From the human T2T-CHM13v2.0 reference genome, Homo sapiens: a stretch of DNA of 64,000 bases. How positions within the stretch are numbered: position 1 is the first letter of the stretch; every line of letters starts with the position of its first letter. The stretch lies in the NCBI RefSeq assembly GCF_009914755.1, contig NC_060937.1; one strand, written 5' to 3'. The notes under the pieces were generated by a model. The model had not been told where the DNA came from, did not search any database, and saw only the letters and a program-made list of their open reading frames with translations. Made by a program: the position numbers and the translations under genes. This document shows, one piece after another, positions 26,771-38,990 of the stretch.

Positions 26771-27230
26771 TTTATTAGTTTCCTAAGGCTGACATAAAAA
26801 AAAAGTACTACTAATTTGACATCTTAAAACAACATAAAATGCATTGTATCAGAATTCTAGAGTCCAAAAGTCTGAAATCAAAATGTCAGAGGGTCTGTGC
26901 CTTCACAGGCACTCGGAGGCAGAATCTGTTCCAGAGACTCATTTTCCTAGCCTCTGGTGGTTACTGGCAATCCTTGGTTTTCCTTAGCCTGTGGCATCAT
27001 TAACTCCAATCTTTTCCTCTATTGTCACATGGTCTTCTTTCTCTCCATACATCTTGCTCTTTTATTGGTAAAACACCAGATATATTGGATCAGGGCCCAA
27101 CCTAACCTGGCATAATGTTATCTTAACATGATTATATCTGCAAAAGACCCTATTTCCAAATAAAATCACACTTATTTGTACTGGAGTTTAGGACTTCAAC
27201 ATATTTTGGAGATACGTTTCAGTCTCTAAT
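26771..27230 (-). mobile_element. MLT1C MaLR LTR
   Basis: tattagtttcctaaggctg...cttaaaacaaca...aagtctgaaatcaa...ctggcaatccttgg...atctgcaaaagaccctatttccaaataa...taggacttcaacata. Confidence 0.88.
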
Positions 27231-27345
27231 TGTCTGCCCTCTAGCCCTTTTTTGTGCAAAATACATTATTCACCTATTCCAGTATTCCCAAAATGTATTA
27301 ACCCATTATAGCATCAACTTGAAATCCAAAATCTCATCTAAATAT
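27231..27345 (-). mobile_element. MLT1 internal sequence adjoining the LTR
   Basis: gtctgccctctagccc...tgcaaaatacatt...agcatcaacttgaaatccaaaatctcatctaaat matches the MaLR-int 3' end. Confidence 0.7.
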
Positions 27346-27911
27346 ACAGCTGTCTCTCAAAATGGCATCAGTTTTTTCTTTTCTGTAGCAAGAAGAGGGA
27401 AAGTTTGTATTTGTCCACCTGCCAGGTACTTTTCTTGTGTGTTTTTACACGTGTGTATACTATGTGTGACTTTCTGACATGGGCATACTTTATAAGTGAC
27501 TGATTAGCCATTGTTTTTTTCAAACTGAAATATAATCCCCATATATTATAATCTAGGTCCAAATTCAGTGCAGTGTTAGTATATGGAAATGTTATTTCAA
27601 AATTTAATGTATAAAATAACGTAATCTGTATTTGGATTTTGGTGAAAGTCAATAAAAGATGCCCAAGATAATTATCAACATAAAGCTACTTTGTTAGATT
27701 TTTCAAACTATAAATGAACCATATCTTATTGTGAATCCTCTTAATGTCTGGCTGAAAAAGATACAGTCTATTTCTATTCTGACTTCAATAACCATATTTC
27801 AGGGAAAGTTATTTAGAAAGGTTAGTATTTATTTACACAGTAAAAAATTTTTGAGTTTATGTATTCTGTTGTTTGAAGAACTAAAGCTTCGATTGTCTTA
27901 GATTTTTAAGA

Positions 27912-28170
27912 TGATCATAGCTATATTATTTAGTGCTTATTAAATTTCAGGAAATGAGTTAAATAATGTATATGTATCTATTATTTAATCCAAACAACAC
28001 TATTCTGTGATAGGTACTACTAATTTTCTAATTCAAGAAAAAGAAATGGAAGCACATAAAGTTAGGTAATTTATCTAATATAACAAGCTAGCAAATGTTA
28101 GAGCTAAGATTTTAATACCGGAAGTCATACTTCATAGGGAATATTTTTAACAACAAAGCCATACTGCATC
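27912..28170 (-). mobile_element. MIR, near full length
   Basis: atttagtgcttatta...tatttaatcc...taggtactacta...agctagcaaatgttagagctaagattt...ccatactgc. Confidence 0.75.
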
Positions 28171-28305
28171 CTTAGTAAACTGCAATATAATTAACTTAAC
28201 ACCAATTTTAGTTCTAACATTGAACTGGTAGTCAATGATTCAGCCCTTCACCGTTTTCCACCGAATAACTACTGGCATAAAAAAGTTAGAAAGTATGCTA
28301 CCTTA

Positions 28306-28612
28306 GGCCAGGCGTTCTGGCTTATGCCTGTAATCCCAGCACTTTGGTAGGCTGAAGTGGGTCTACCACTTGAGTCCAGGAGTTCGAGACCAGCCTGGGC
28401 AACATAGCGAAATTCCCTCTCTACAAGAAATTCAAGAATTAGTCTGACATGGTGGCATGCACCTTTAGTACCAGTTACTAGGGAAGCTGAGATAGGAAGG
28501 ATCGCTTGAGCCTGGGTGGTAAGGGCTGCAGTGAACCATGATCATGCCACTGCATTCCAGTGTGGGCAAAGAGCAAGATCCTGAGAGTTTGCCTGAAAAA
28601 AAAAAAAAAAAA
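28306..28612 (+). mobile_element. AluJ (Jo-like)
   Basis: ggccaggcg...cttgagtccaggagttcgagaccagcctgggcaacatagcg...gctgcagtgaaccatgatc; poly(A) tail. Confidence 0.95.
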
Positions 28613-28750
28613 AGAAAGAAAGAAAGAAAGAAAAAATGAAAAAGAAGAAAGAAGGAAGGAAGGAGAGAAAGAAAGAAACAGAGAGAAAGAAAGAAAGGAA
28701 GAAAGAAAGAAAGGAAGAAAGAAAGAAAGGAAGGAAGAAAGGAAGGAAAA
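28613..28750 (+). repeat. GA-rich (GAAA/GGAA) compound microsatellite
   Basis: Read directly; continuous with the Alu tail. Confidence 0.95.
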
Positions 28751-28759
28751 GTAATGCTA

Positions 28760-28880
28760 TTTGAGAGCAGAAACTTGTTCTTTATTGTGTTTTAACTCTT
28801 GAAACCCCCCACTACCTACAATGCCTAGTTTGCTCTAAAGGCTCTCTGTAAATATTAGAAGAAATAAATAAGTAAATGTA
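28760..28880 (+). mobile_element. L2 3' end, interrupted by the AluJ
   Basis: ttgagagcagaaacttgttc...acaatgcctag...gtaaatattagaagaaataaataa. Confidence 0.55.
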
Positions 28881-29022
28881 TGATTTTGTTCTTCCACATA
28901 TTTCTTTGCCTTACTCATGGAAACAAAACAAAATGAAATGAAAATATTTAGTACATTTTAAATCAAGAATATGGCCAGTGATGTAATTAGTAAGTTGTGA
29001 GTGAAAGTTTTAGCATCTAAAG

Positions 29023-29236
29023 CAGGGTTGGCAAACTATGGCCCACAGGTCAAGTCCTTCTCACTGTCTGTATTTTTTTTAAATAAGTTGTATTAGAACA
29101 TAGTCACCCTCACTATTTTGGTGTGGCTGATTTTTGCTGTATAGCAGGGTTGAATAACTATGATAGAGACGGCTAGGCCTGCAAAGTCCTAAATATTTAC
29201 TATCTGGCTATTAACAGAAATGGTTACAGATTTTAT
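29023..29236 (+). mobile_element. MER58A hAT-Charlie non-autonomous DNA transposon
   Basis: cagggttggcaaactatggcccac...aaatatttactatctggc; 8-bp TSD atctaaag / atttaaag. Confidence 0.85.
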
Positions 29237-29430
29237 ATTTAAAGCTTGGATAAAACTCTAATGCACAATATCAAAATGCAGTTGAAACAATTTTATTCCT
29301 TTCCTGGTACCCCAGATTTTGTGAAGTAAATGAAGAAAAATGACTTCCTTGAATGCAGAAAAGTGAGTAAATAACTTATGGCCATATCTTTACTGTACCC
29401 CTTAATGTAACTTTCTTGGCTGCTTTTCAG

Positions 29431-29476
29431 AAAAAAAAAAAAAAAAAAACAACACAGATAACAACAACAACCAACA
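29431..29476 (+). repeat. A19 plus (CAA)n tract
   Basis: Read directly. Confidence 0.85.
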
Positions 29477-29809
29477 CGCAATACCCCTCAAATTCAATAT
29501 ACTTGGGTAAGTGGTAAGTTAGAATGTTGGCAGCAGGATAAGGCTTAAAATGAAAAAAAAATCAAAAATACCAAAAACAAAAAACAAAATAACATGGAAA
29601 TTCCAGACTGTTGGACATTTTGCAGTAAGGGATGTTAAATATAAAACACCACATTATTTAAAACTAATGATAATTATTATATGTTTAATGGGGTAGTGAA
29701 ATGAGAAATCCTTCCATTGGCCAAGTAATTACACTAAAGAATACACTACAAAATAGTAATAATAGTTCACCTAGGGAAAGTAAGGAGAAACACTAGGAAT
29801 GTTCCCACG

Positions 29810-29945
29810 CTGGTAAGAGGCCTAGAGGCCTCACTTCCTGTTTTTCACACCTTTGTGTAGTCCTCTCCCACACTGTGCCAGAGTTTGCCTCTATGATCAC
29901 TAGAGTACAGTTGAAATGATGGTATGTCACACCTGAAGACACTGA
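29810..29945 (+). mobile_element. MLT1F-type LTR 5' fragment
   Basis: ttcacacctttgtgtagtcctctcccacactgtgccagagtt...tgatggtatgtcac. Confidence 0.6.
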
Positions 29946-31949
29946 GGTATTAGGCTGAATGGATTAAATTCAACTTAATAAAAGTGTTACTAGTTTGTAC
30001 CATGCTGAATATAATGAAAAAATTTACTTCAATTATTCGCTTAATTGTAACTTAACATCACAATTGTTATAAAGTTTTGCTTTGGTCATTGTAACCCCAT
30101 AACTGTCTTACTTCACTACACACATATCTATGGATTTTCAGGAAAATGGAGTCTAGAAATGAATAGATCAATTTTATTCCTGACTTACTTTAATATGGTC
30201 TATTAACCAAAAATTGTTATATTAGCTTTGATTATGTTCAACTTGAAGGCACAATTTTAACAATGTTAGTATGCATATATTAATAAACAATTCAAGGTAA
30301 AGATAAGGAGATGAAGTCCTCATAGATTGGTAAAATTTGGAAACTACTTTACACAGTTTACCATTTAGCTCCTAATCATGTTGGCCATCATAATTGTGTT
30401 ACAAGTTTGACTTGTTATGGTAATGGTTATATTAAGGATGTTGACTTATTCTTTTGATAAAGTAGAGGTAAGTTTATTACTTGGAAAATTCAACAACAAA
30501 AATGTTGGTATGAACACTGGGAGAATGAGAATATAAAAATCATATTCAAGAAATCCCTTGTAGGCAACGAAAGTCATAACATAAATATGGGAATAGAGTG
30601 CTAATCTTCAGCAAATAATTTGCATAAGCTCTGGTAATATTTGTGAGTTGCTGAAGTATTTAAAATTTGTAGCAAATCATTTTTTTCCCAAAAAATATGA
30701 ATCTAATTTTACATGCAGCAGTATTACACAATAGACGAATGGAAATAGTATGTCTTCATGGCTTGGGTTTTTATCAATGCATACATTAAAGTAAAATATT
30801 CTTACAGATTTATTATGAAACAAGTTACTGTTACTACAGAGCTAAATCTAGCTTACAGGAAAGACACATCTTTATTATAATGTCATATTTTGGCCCAAAG
30901 GTCATGTCATAAATTAAAGCTGAAATTAGTCCAGCAGAGTCCCATTATTTTTTCTCAGCATGAAACTTTAATAATATGACTTAGACTGACCTTTTTTCAC
31001 TATTGTTTCAAGTATCTTGTTAATATTCTTTTGCGTTATCACTTTCTCTCCAACATATACATTTTTCCTCTAAAAAGTATATTTTAGCTCCAGCTGCAAC
31101 ATATTCTGCTTGCCATCTGTTGAACATTTGGATTCAGCTGTAAATGCTGGGGTATCTATTCTGTAGGGACATTTTGCCAAATGACCACTCTTTCTCTGTA
31201 TAGTCATTCCTAAGACTATAGTCATATGTGGATGCTCTAACATTGAGAAAAATCATTTGCCGTATTTAGAAAATAATGATTTCTGTAAACAACTTGTGAC
31301 TATTGAGAATATTTAACAATTTTTCCATGTGGTAAGTAGGTGTTGAAACTGTCACTAAATACTGTGGATTTTTTGGTCTATTCTAACTGAAATCAGAAAT
31401 ATAACATTCAAAAAGCCAACATTAATGCAATTTCTTAATACAAGTTTATCTTCAAGATAGTTTTAAGGGCCTGTTTTCAAGCATAAAGTGCTTATGTTAA
31501 TGTTCTCTGTCAATAAATACTCTAAGTGCTTTTTTTCTCCTCCTAATTTTACTTGCCATAATTTGGGGGAGTTTGAAAAATGCATATATCTAGTATTTGA
31601 AAAAAATACCTATAGTATGTAATGCTTTACCTATTTGATGAAGGTATAATTTGATAAAAAACCCATAGTATAAGATGCTTTAAAATACCATTATATACTT
31701 TGTTTTTATTAACCTAGAAAAATTAATCTGGAGATTTATTTACTGCTCAAAAATGTAATTTATTAGTAAATATGCCCTAATTATCTACTTAGCAAAAAAC
31801 TCCAGTCACTTAAAGCATTTAATTTATTTTTGAATATCTGCTATGTAAAAGATTTCTAGGTAGCATTCATTATACAAAGAAAAAAGTGTGGTGTACAGAA
31901 GAAACTCATTGTGCAATATGAGAATTTGTATTATGAAAATTTTATTGTG

Positions 31950-32309
31950 GTCTTTCAGTTCATTCCATTAAGTACTTATAGTCAATATATATTTTGGAAT
32001 GTCCAACAATCTCATTATTTTGGGGACTCCTCTACCCAGTTAAGGACTAGCAAAGGCCAGCTTCCTTAATACATGGAGTGAAACTGTGTGCAGGAGGAGA
32101 AGTAGAAACTTAGAAAGAACTAAGCAAGGAGGCTGAGAGAGAAAAAGTTACAAACCCAGGTGCCATATCTTGAATCCTTGAACCTTGTCATGCCTAAAAC
32201 CAGTCATGGACTTCTTACAATTTAGGGGACAGTATATCCTATTTCTGGCATAAGGTAGCTTGAATTCCCTTTCTTTTCACTTGCTACTCCAGGAATAATG
32301 ACTAACAGA
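31950..32309 (+). mobile_element. MLT1K/L-type MaLR LTR (putative 5' LTR)
   Basis: ttgaatccttgaaccttgtcatgcctaaaacc...tggactt...tcacttgctac...gactaacaga matches the MLT1K/L 3' end; start is approximate. Confidence 0.6.
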
Positions 32310-33300
32310 AAAGTGGTACATTTACAAGTTTTGTTTCAAGTGAAAGAATAGAAATATGGTTCTGGCATCTGAGGAAAGAGAGCAGAGAGAATCTCATATT
32401 TCTGGCTAAGAAGCTGATTTTTGTATGTAAAAGAGAAGCCTCTAATTAAGTAATTACCTACCCTGTCTCTGGACTTAGCCAATGTGTCCACCCAGCTAGC
32501 AATTTAAAACCCATGTTGAAATTTGATAAAATATGGAGTATTTAGGCAACCTTACAATCCTCAGCATTCTCTTACAGAAAAGGTAAGACTCAGTTTGAGT
32601 TGGTGGAGTGAGATACTCTGTGCTTGAGACAAGTGATCCAAACCCATTCAGCAACCACAGTCAAGGGCTTTATTTCATTTTGAAGGCTTGTTTTGGAGTA
32701 TTCTGTTCTATGGAGACTAAAAGTATTAGGTACAGAAATAGAACTAACAAATGAAGATAAAAATGAGACTTTGAAGGAACCAAAAAAATAGACAATGTCT
32801 GAGACACCAAGTTCCTCCCTATGGTTTCTTTCCATATACCCCAACCCAAGACATGCAGTACTTTCTTCTACTATAAAATGCCAACTATAAATACAGAGCT
32901 TTCACACAAGAAATACAAATTCTGCCCACCAAATTATTGACTTACATTTAAATGAAACAGCTTACAAGAGAGAATCTGTGAAACTGGGTGCTACAAGAAA
33001 GGCAGAGATACAAAAATAGCAGGAATAATCTTCATATTCAAAGGCCTTGAAAAAATTTCTGGCATTTTCTACTATCAAAGATAGAACCTAGAAATCAAAT
33101 CAAACTGAGGTTTATTGTGTTTTATGGGCGGGGGGTGGGGTATTATGTAAGAAAATCCCAAGTCTGGTAGTCTAGTCTTATGATTACTTTTTACACCAAT
33201 AACTTACCTAGTTCTCCACAAACACTAAAAAAGGACTTCCCTTTTAGAGATGGATAGGAACTATGAAGAACACAGAGGATCTCTCAGTTGTCCAGAAATG
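32310..33300 (+). mobile_element. Ancient MLT1-type internal sequence, 5' part
   Basis: Begins aaagtggtac directly after the LTR (cf. gaaattggtacc in MaLR-int); downstream similarity is weak. Confidence 0.45.
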
Positions 33301-33310
33301 AGGGACAACA

Positions 33311-33656
33311 ATTCCCACTCCACCACCTAACTCCCCTATCCCCTAGTAATCACCATTCCACTCGGTAGTTCTATATGATCAACTTTTTATTTTTTTAGAT
33401 TCCATATACAGGTGAGGTCATGCAGTATTTATCTTTATGTGCCTGACTTATTTCACCTAACATAATGTCCTACAGTTTCATCCATGTTGTCACAACAGAA
33501 TTGCCTTATTTTTTTAAGGCTGAATAGTAAGTACTCCATTGTACATACACATCACATTTTCTTTATCCATTCATTCACTGATGGACACTTAGATTCATTC
33601 CATATCTTGGCTATTGGGAAAAATGTAGTAATAAACATGGAAGCGTTAATCTCTTC
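33311..33656 (-). mobile_element. L1MA (MA5-8 type) inverted 5' segment
   Basis: Antisense L1MA ORF2 end / 3' UTR (tagattccatatacaggtgaggtcatgcagtattt...gatggacacttagattcattccatatcttggctattg). Confidence 0.9.
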
Positions 33657-33875
33657 GGTTCAAGAGATCAGTTGTAAAACATAGTGACTATACTTATAAC
33701 AATATATTGTATTCTTGAAAATAATACAATTTTAAGTTGTTCCCACAAAAAAACTGTGTGAGCTAATTTATGTGTGAATTCACTAGGTTTAGCCATTCCG
33801 TAATGTATAGATACTTGAAAACATCATGTTGTACACAATAAACACACAATTTTATCTTTCAATTCAAAAATAATG
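33657..33875 (+). mobile_element. L1MA (MA5-8 type) sense 3' end
   Basis: gttcaagagatc...tgactata...ttgtattcttgaaaat...tttagccattcc...catcatgttgtacac followed by an A-rich tail. Confidence 0.9.
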
Positions 33876-33909
33876 TTTAATGAAATTAAGAAATGAAAGA
33901 AAAACAGTC

Positions 33910-34104
33910 TGATGAAAGATTACATTTGATTATGAAGAAAGTAAATGACCTACTGTCATTCACTATGACCTATCCGATAAAACGGTCTGCTTTTTCTTGT
34001 TGCTGTTCTTCACTTAGGGTGTATTGCCTCTTGTTTCCTTTTCTTAAACAATTTTTCATTTTCACTCTACATTCAGTGTGCTGGAGTTGCAAATTTGTCA
34101 TGTA
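33910..34104 (+). mobile_element. MLT1-type internal sequence, middle fragment
   Basis: ttcactctacattcagtgtgctggagttgcaaatttgtcatgtagccatac resembles MaLR-int ccactgtatattgggtgtg...ataacttgtct..tagttcatag. Confidence 0.4.
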
Positions 34105-34105
34105 G

Positions 34106-34419
<314 letters not shown>

Positions 34420-35492
34420 GCCATACTGTTTATTCTTAGTTGAGGAATGCTAACTGAATCTACTCACAAATCATGCAGTAATTAGAACAGCATGGTACAG
34501 ATTTAAAAAAAAAAATCAACCAAAGGAAAATAATATAGAACCTAGAAATAAATCCACACATGTATGGTCAATTGATTTTCAAAAAAGGTGCCAAGAATAC
34601 CTAACGGAAAAAGAATAGTCACTTAATAAATGGTGTTGGAAAACCTGTATATCCACATGCAGAAGAATACAATTGGACCCTTATTGCATACCATATGTAA
34701 AATCAACTCAAAAATGGATTAAAGACTTAATACTAAATCTGTAAAACTACTAGAAGAAAATACAGGAGTAAAACTACAGGACATTGGTTTCGTCAATGAT
34801 TTTTTGAATTTGACTCCAAAGTGCAGGCAATAAAATCAAAATTAGATACATGGTTTTACATCGAACAAAGCGTTTCTGCATAAAAACAATTAACAGTGCA
34901 GTGTGCGGAGACAACTCACACACTGGGAGAAAGTATTTGCAACAATACATCGAATAAGGGATTAATATTAACAATAGATTAGGAGCTCAAACAACTCAAA
35001 GGCAAGAAAATTTAAAAAAAAACTATTAAAAATGGGCAAATAACCTGAATAGATATTTCTTAAAAGATGACATACAAATGGCCAAAGGAAATGTGAAAAA
35101 AAGCTTGATATTGACAATCATTAGGGAAATTAAAATTAAAATCACAATGAGATATCTCATAGCTGTAAGAATGACTATTATCATAAAGACTAAAGATAAC
35201 AAGTGCCAACAACAATAAGGAGAAAGGGAACCCTTGTATGCTTTTGGTGGCAATGTGAATTAGTGCAGCCATATGAAAAATTGTGTGTAGGTTTCTGAAA
35301 AAAAATATAGAATTACCATATGATTTAGCAGTCCCACTTCTGGGTAGTTATCCAAAAGTTATGAAATTAATTTGTAGAAGAGATGTCTGTGCTCCCATAT
35401 TTATTGCAGCATTGTTCACAATGGCCATCATAGAATCAACCTAGATGCCATCAACAGATGAATAGATAAAGAAAATGTGGTGTATGTGTATC

Positions 35493-35495
<3 letters not shown>

Positions 35496-35534
<39 letters not shown>

Positions 35535-35564
35535 TACACACACACACACACACACATACACACA
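35496..35564. repeat. Interrupted (CA)n microsatellite
   Basis: Read directly; sits at the L1 tatatacac site. Confidence 0.95.
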
Positions 35565-35860
35565 ATAGAATACTATTTAGCTTCAAATAAAAAAATGTCA
35601 TTTGCAACAGCATTAATGAAATTGGAGAGCATTATTCTAAGTGAAATAAGCCAGGCACAGAAAGACAAATACCACATGGTCTTACTTATATGTGAAATCT
35701 GAAATAATCAAACTCATAGAAGCAGAGAGTAGAATGGTGATTACAGAGCCTGAGGGCAGGGGAAATGGGAAGATGATGGCAAAACGGTACAAAATCTCAG
35801 AGAGGAGGAATATTATTTTAGGTCTTTTGCACAGCACAGTGAATATAATTAATAAAAGAG

Positions 35861-36177
35861 GGCTGGGTGTCATGGCTCAAGCCTGTAATCCCAGCACTTT
35901 GGGAGGCCGATGTGGGTGGATTGCCCGAGGTCAGGAGCTCGAGATGTGCCTGACCAATATGGTAAAACCCTGTCTCTACTAAAAATACAAAAATTAGCCA
36001 GGCGTAGTGGTGCATGCCTGTAGTCCCAGCTACTTGGGAGGCTGAGGCAGGAGAATCATTTTAACCTGGGAGGCGGAGGAGTTGCAGTGAGCCAAGATCG
36101 TGCCACTGCACTCCAACCTGGGCAGCACAGCAAGACTCCATCTGAAAACAAAAACAAACAAACAAAAAACAAAACAA
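35861..36177 (+). mobile_element. AluSx-like
   Basis: Full dimer, gaggtcaggag, ggagaatc, (A/C)-patterned tail; TSD aataaaagag / aataatagag. Confidence 0.95.
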
Positions 36178-36379
36178 AATAATAGAGGATTGTACATTTT
36201 AAAATTGTTAAGATAGTAAATTTCAAATATTCTCACCACCAAAAATGTTACATATTTGAGGTAATAGATATGTTAACTATCTTGATTTAATTATGTTACA
36301 TTGCGTTAATAAATAATACCGTTACTTTTTGTTGTATAAACTTATACAATTATAAATCGTCAATTCAAAATAAAAACAG

Positions 36380-37144
36380 CAGTGTGTGGAGGGAGAATAT
36401 TTACTAACATCCAAATGTCTTGGGATTTTAGTTGCATAAAAGAAGGACATGGGACTTAGAACTTTGGTTGTCAGTGGATAGTTGCATGGAATTTTTGCAT
36501 TTTTCTAGATCACATTATGAGAATGAGTTTATATGGATGTACTGGGTGGCTGCAGCTTTATGATATTTGTATTGTATTACTTTTTGGTCTGCACTGTACA
36601 GTATCTTCACTTCTTTTGGAGATCTGCTTATCCACACTCAACCATATGATTCAATAGACATAATAACTATACTTCTCTACCAAATTTGCTGACATTCTGA
36701 GCAAATTATTCACATGCAATCATCTTCTGACAGTAGCGTTTAGACCAACAGGCGGTTAAGGCAGTCATATTTCTTCTCTGGATTTTTAAAATATGGAACC
36801 GGCTGAAAAACAATTTTCCTACTGGGCCACATATCTGAAAATTATAGACATCCTTTTTCCAAAGATCACATTACCTCCAGAGTAAAGAAATCCTCCACAC
36901 AGTAAGGGAAAAAGAGGCTTAAGTAGAAATAAGGTAAAGATAGAGGAAAAACACAAGAGCAAGAATGAGAGTAAAAGCAAGAGAATGAAAGTGAGAGAGG
37001 GAGAGAGAGAAGGAGGGAGAGAGAAAGGGAGTCCTCAGCACCCTTGAACCTAAGAGTTATGAGTCAGTACGTTCATTTTATTTCACAGACTATGAGAATT
37101 TCCTGGGGGTTTTTTTGGATGAAACGTAGTCATTATTAGTAACA
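36380..37144 (+). mobile_element. MLT1-int 3' end (36380-36550) plus MLT1K/L-type putative 3' LTR (36551-37144)
   Basis: catccaaatgtctttgggattttagttg...atgggactt...tttttgcat...gggtggc|tg junction; LTR-like body with GA-rich segment and agttatgagtcagta...ttttattt end. Confidence 0.5.
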
Positions 37145-37600
37145 TACCATTGAATCAAGCATTGCCCATCACATCAACTAATAATCTGCACCTTCGCTCT
37201 TCTGGCTTCTGTGGCTCAAAATGAATCAAATGTTAATCAAAATCTACATAATATAGCCTAAACAACTGGAAATGAAAAAACAACAACAATACATAAATAG
37301 CTTTTTTATAAAGATGGAAACCCCACTTAGTGATATATATGCACCAACAGTCTCCCAATTTCCAGTGATGGGGATCTAATCTGATAGGGATGTAAGACTG
37401 AGTCTTGACTTCCCCGGAACATGATTCCATGGCTTTTTTGTAAACTGGGTGCACATCTTTGAACAGGCTCTTCCCTTTTCAGCACTGGGAATAAGTCAGA
37501 TACTTCCTTTCCTTCACTGTTTTTTTAAGAACAATTTAAAAAGGGCACACATAACATCCATGCTCTTCAAGCTACAACATATAATTTGGGAAGCAGCAGA

Positions 37601-37677
37601 GAAAGCAAGAAAGCAAGAAAGCAAGAAAGCAAGAAGGAAGGAAGGAAGGAAGGAAGGAAGGAAAGAAAGAAAGAAAG
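37601..37677 (+). repeat. Compound microsatellite (GAAAGCAA)4(GAAG)7(GAAA)4
   Basis: Read directly. Confidence 0.97.
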
Positions 37678-38869
37678 ATCTGGCCTCTGTATCCATCTCT
37701 TTTCCTCAAAGGAGAAGATATGATGGGAACGAGTGTCCTATTAGGACCAACTATTGCTGTCAGTTTTTTGGTTCCTAGTGATTCACAGCTTGGCTTTACT
37801 AGGCCTAGGCTCATTCAAATGAGGAGAAGCAGAGGGTATTTGTTTTCAAAGTGTCAAGTAGATGAGAAAGCCCTGAAAAGCCAGTATCAGCAGGCCAAGT
37901 GCATGCAAAGCTCAAATATTTAAAATATTTTACACAGAATCCCTTTACAAAAAACCAGGCCAATATTTACCAGTGTGATGCTTTCAAAGTTACTACTGTA
38001 TTAGAATTGGAGAAGATTGCTAATTGGCTCATATATTTTTAATGCCAGTCATTAGAAGCATAAATTTACTCCTGATATCTTTTAATAAAGAAGTAAATCT
38101 GAAACATTCTCCAAGATAAATTTGTCACTGAACTGTATATTTATTTCTAATCTAGTAACTCAAAAATACCTTACCCTAAACATTATCAGACTAGAGCACA
38201 TTATTCTAAGATTAAATACTCCTGAAAACATTTTTGAACAAGAATTTAAAACAGCACATCTAGATGAAATGTACATATATAAATCAGTTTTAATCTATAC
38301 GAATAAATGTTAGCTGCATGTAAGCTGACATTATCCTTCCCCATTCCCACTAACTTTCAAATTTGAGAAGATCATATAGCAGTTATCTTTGTCAATAGAG
38401 CCTAGTATATCAAAATACAATGAATAGCCTGTTCATTCTTACATACACCTGCAGTTTAATATTTGAAATTCTTGTCAGAGAAATATTTGCAATTTGGTAG
38501 AAGATAGAAAGTATAAATTATGCTGATTTATAATGTTACCTTTGAAACAAAATCCATAAAGACACATACAACAGCAATATTCACACAGATCATCTTACCT
38601 GTCAATGCACAAAAATAGTAAGCATAAAATTATCAAAAAATCAAGATGATTTTTATGTTGCAATGGCTTATTAGGGAACTGAGGCTTTTTGAAAATAAAG
38701 AACATATTTTTTCTTTGCCTGAAATTTTCTTTCCTCATTTTTGCGCAACTAATTTTCACTCATCCAGTTTGACTTAATGCATCAATCATCTGTTATAAAA
38801 ACTTAGACTCCCCTTCATTTCTCAGTGACACATTGTCCTATGAAACTATTGCCATTATCTCTCTAGCCT

Positions 38870-38990
38870 GTTTTTTTTCTTGTTTTTCCAATAGGATGAA
38901 AGTTACTTGAGGACAGGTACTTTGTATGCTTAGCACATAGCATCCTGCCTAGCATATGGTGAGCTTTAAATAAATATTAATTAAATCAAT
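38870..38990 (+). mobile_element. L2 3' end
   Basis: taggatgaaagttacttgaggacagg...tgcctagcatatggtgagctttaaataaatatt. Confidence 0.6.

Larger units (their letters stand above)
34470..36375 (+). mobile_element. L1MA4-like 3' portion, interrupted by (CA)n and an Alu
   Basis: ORF2 landmarks ctagaaataaatccacacatgtatggtcaattgattttc; 3' UTR aaaatctcagagaggaggaat...aaatttcaaatattctcaccac. Confidence 0.92.

Noticed and set aside
28560-28754. K/E/R-rich 64-aa ORF (and similar ORFs at 37449-37814)
   Set aside because: These are translations of GA-rich microsatellites, open only because the repeats lack stop codons.
31594-31682. Degenerate direct repeat with period about 53 bp
   Set aside because: Short, AT-rich and heavily mismatched, so it cannot be distinguished from chance.
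33126-33140. G-rich gggcggggggtgggg as G-quadruplex or SP/KLF promoter element
   Set aside because: It has only three separable G-runs and no CpG context. The other G4-like tracts (about 23950 and 42850) are ordinary L1 3' UTR features.
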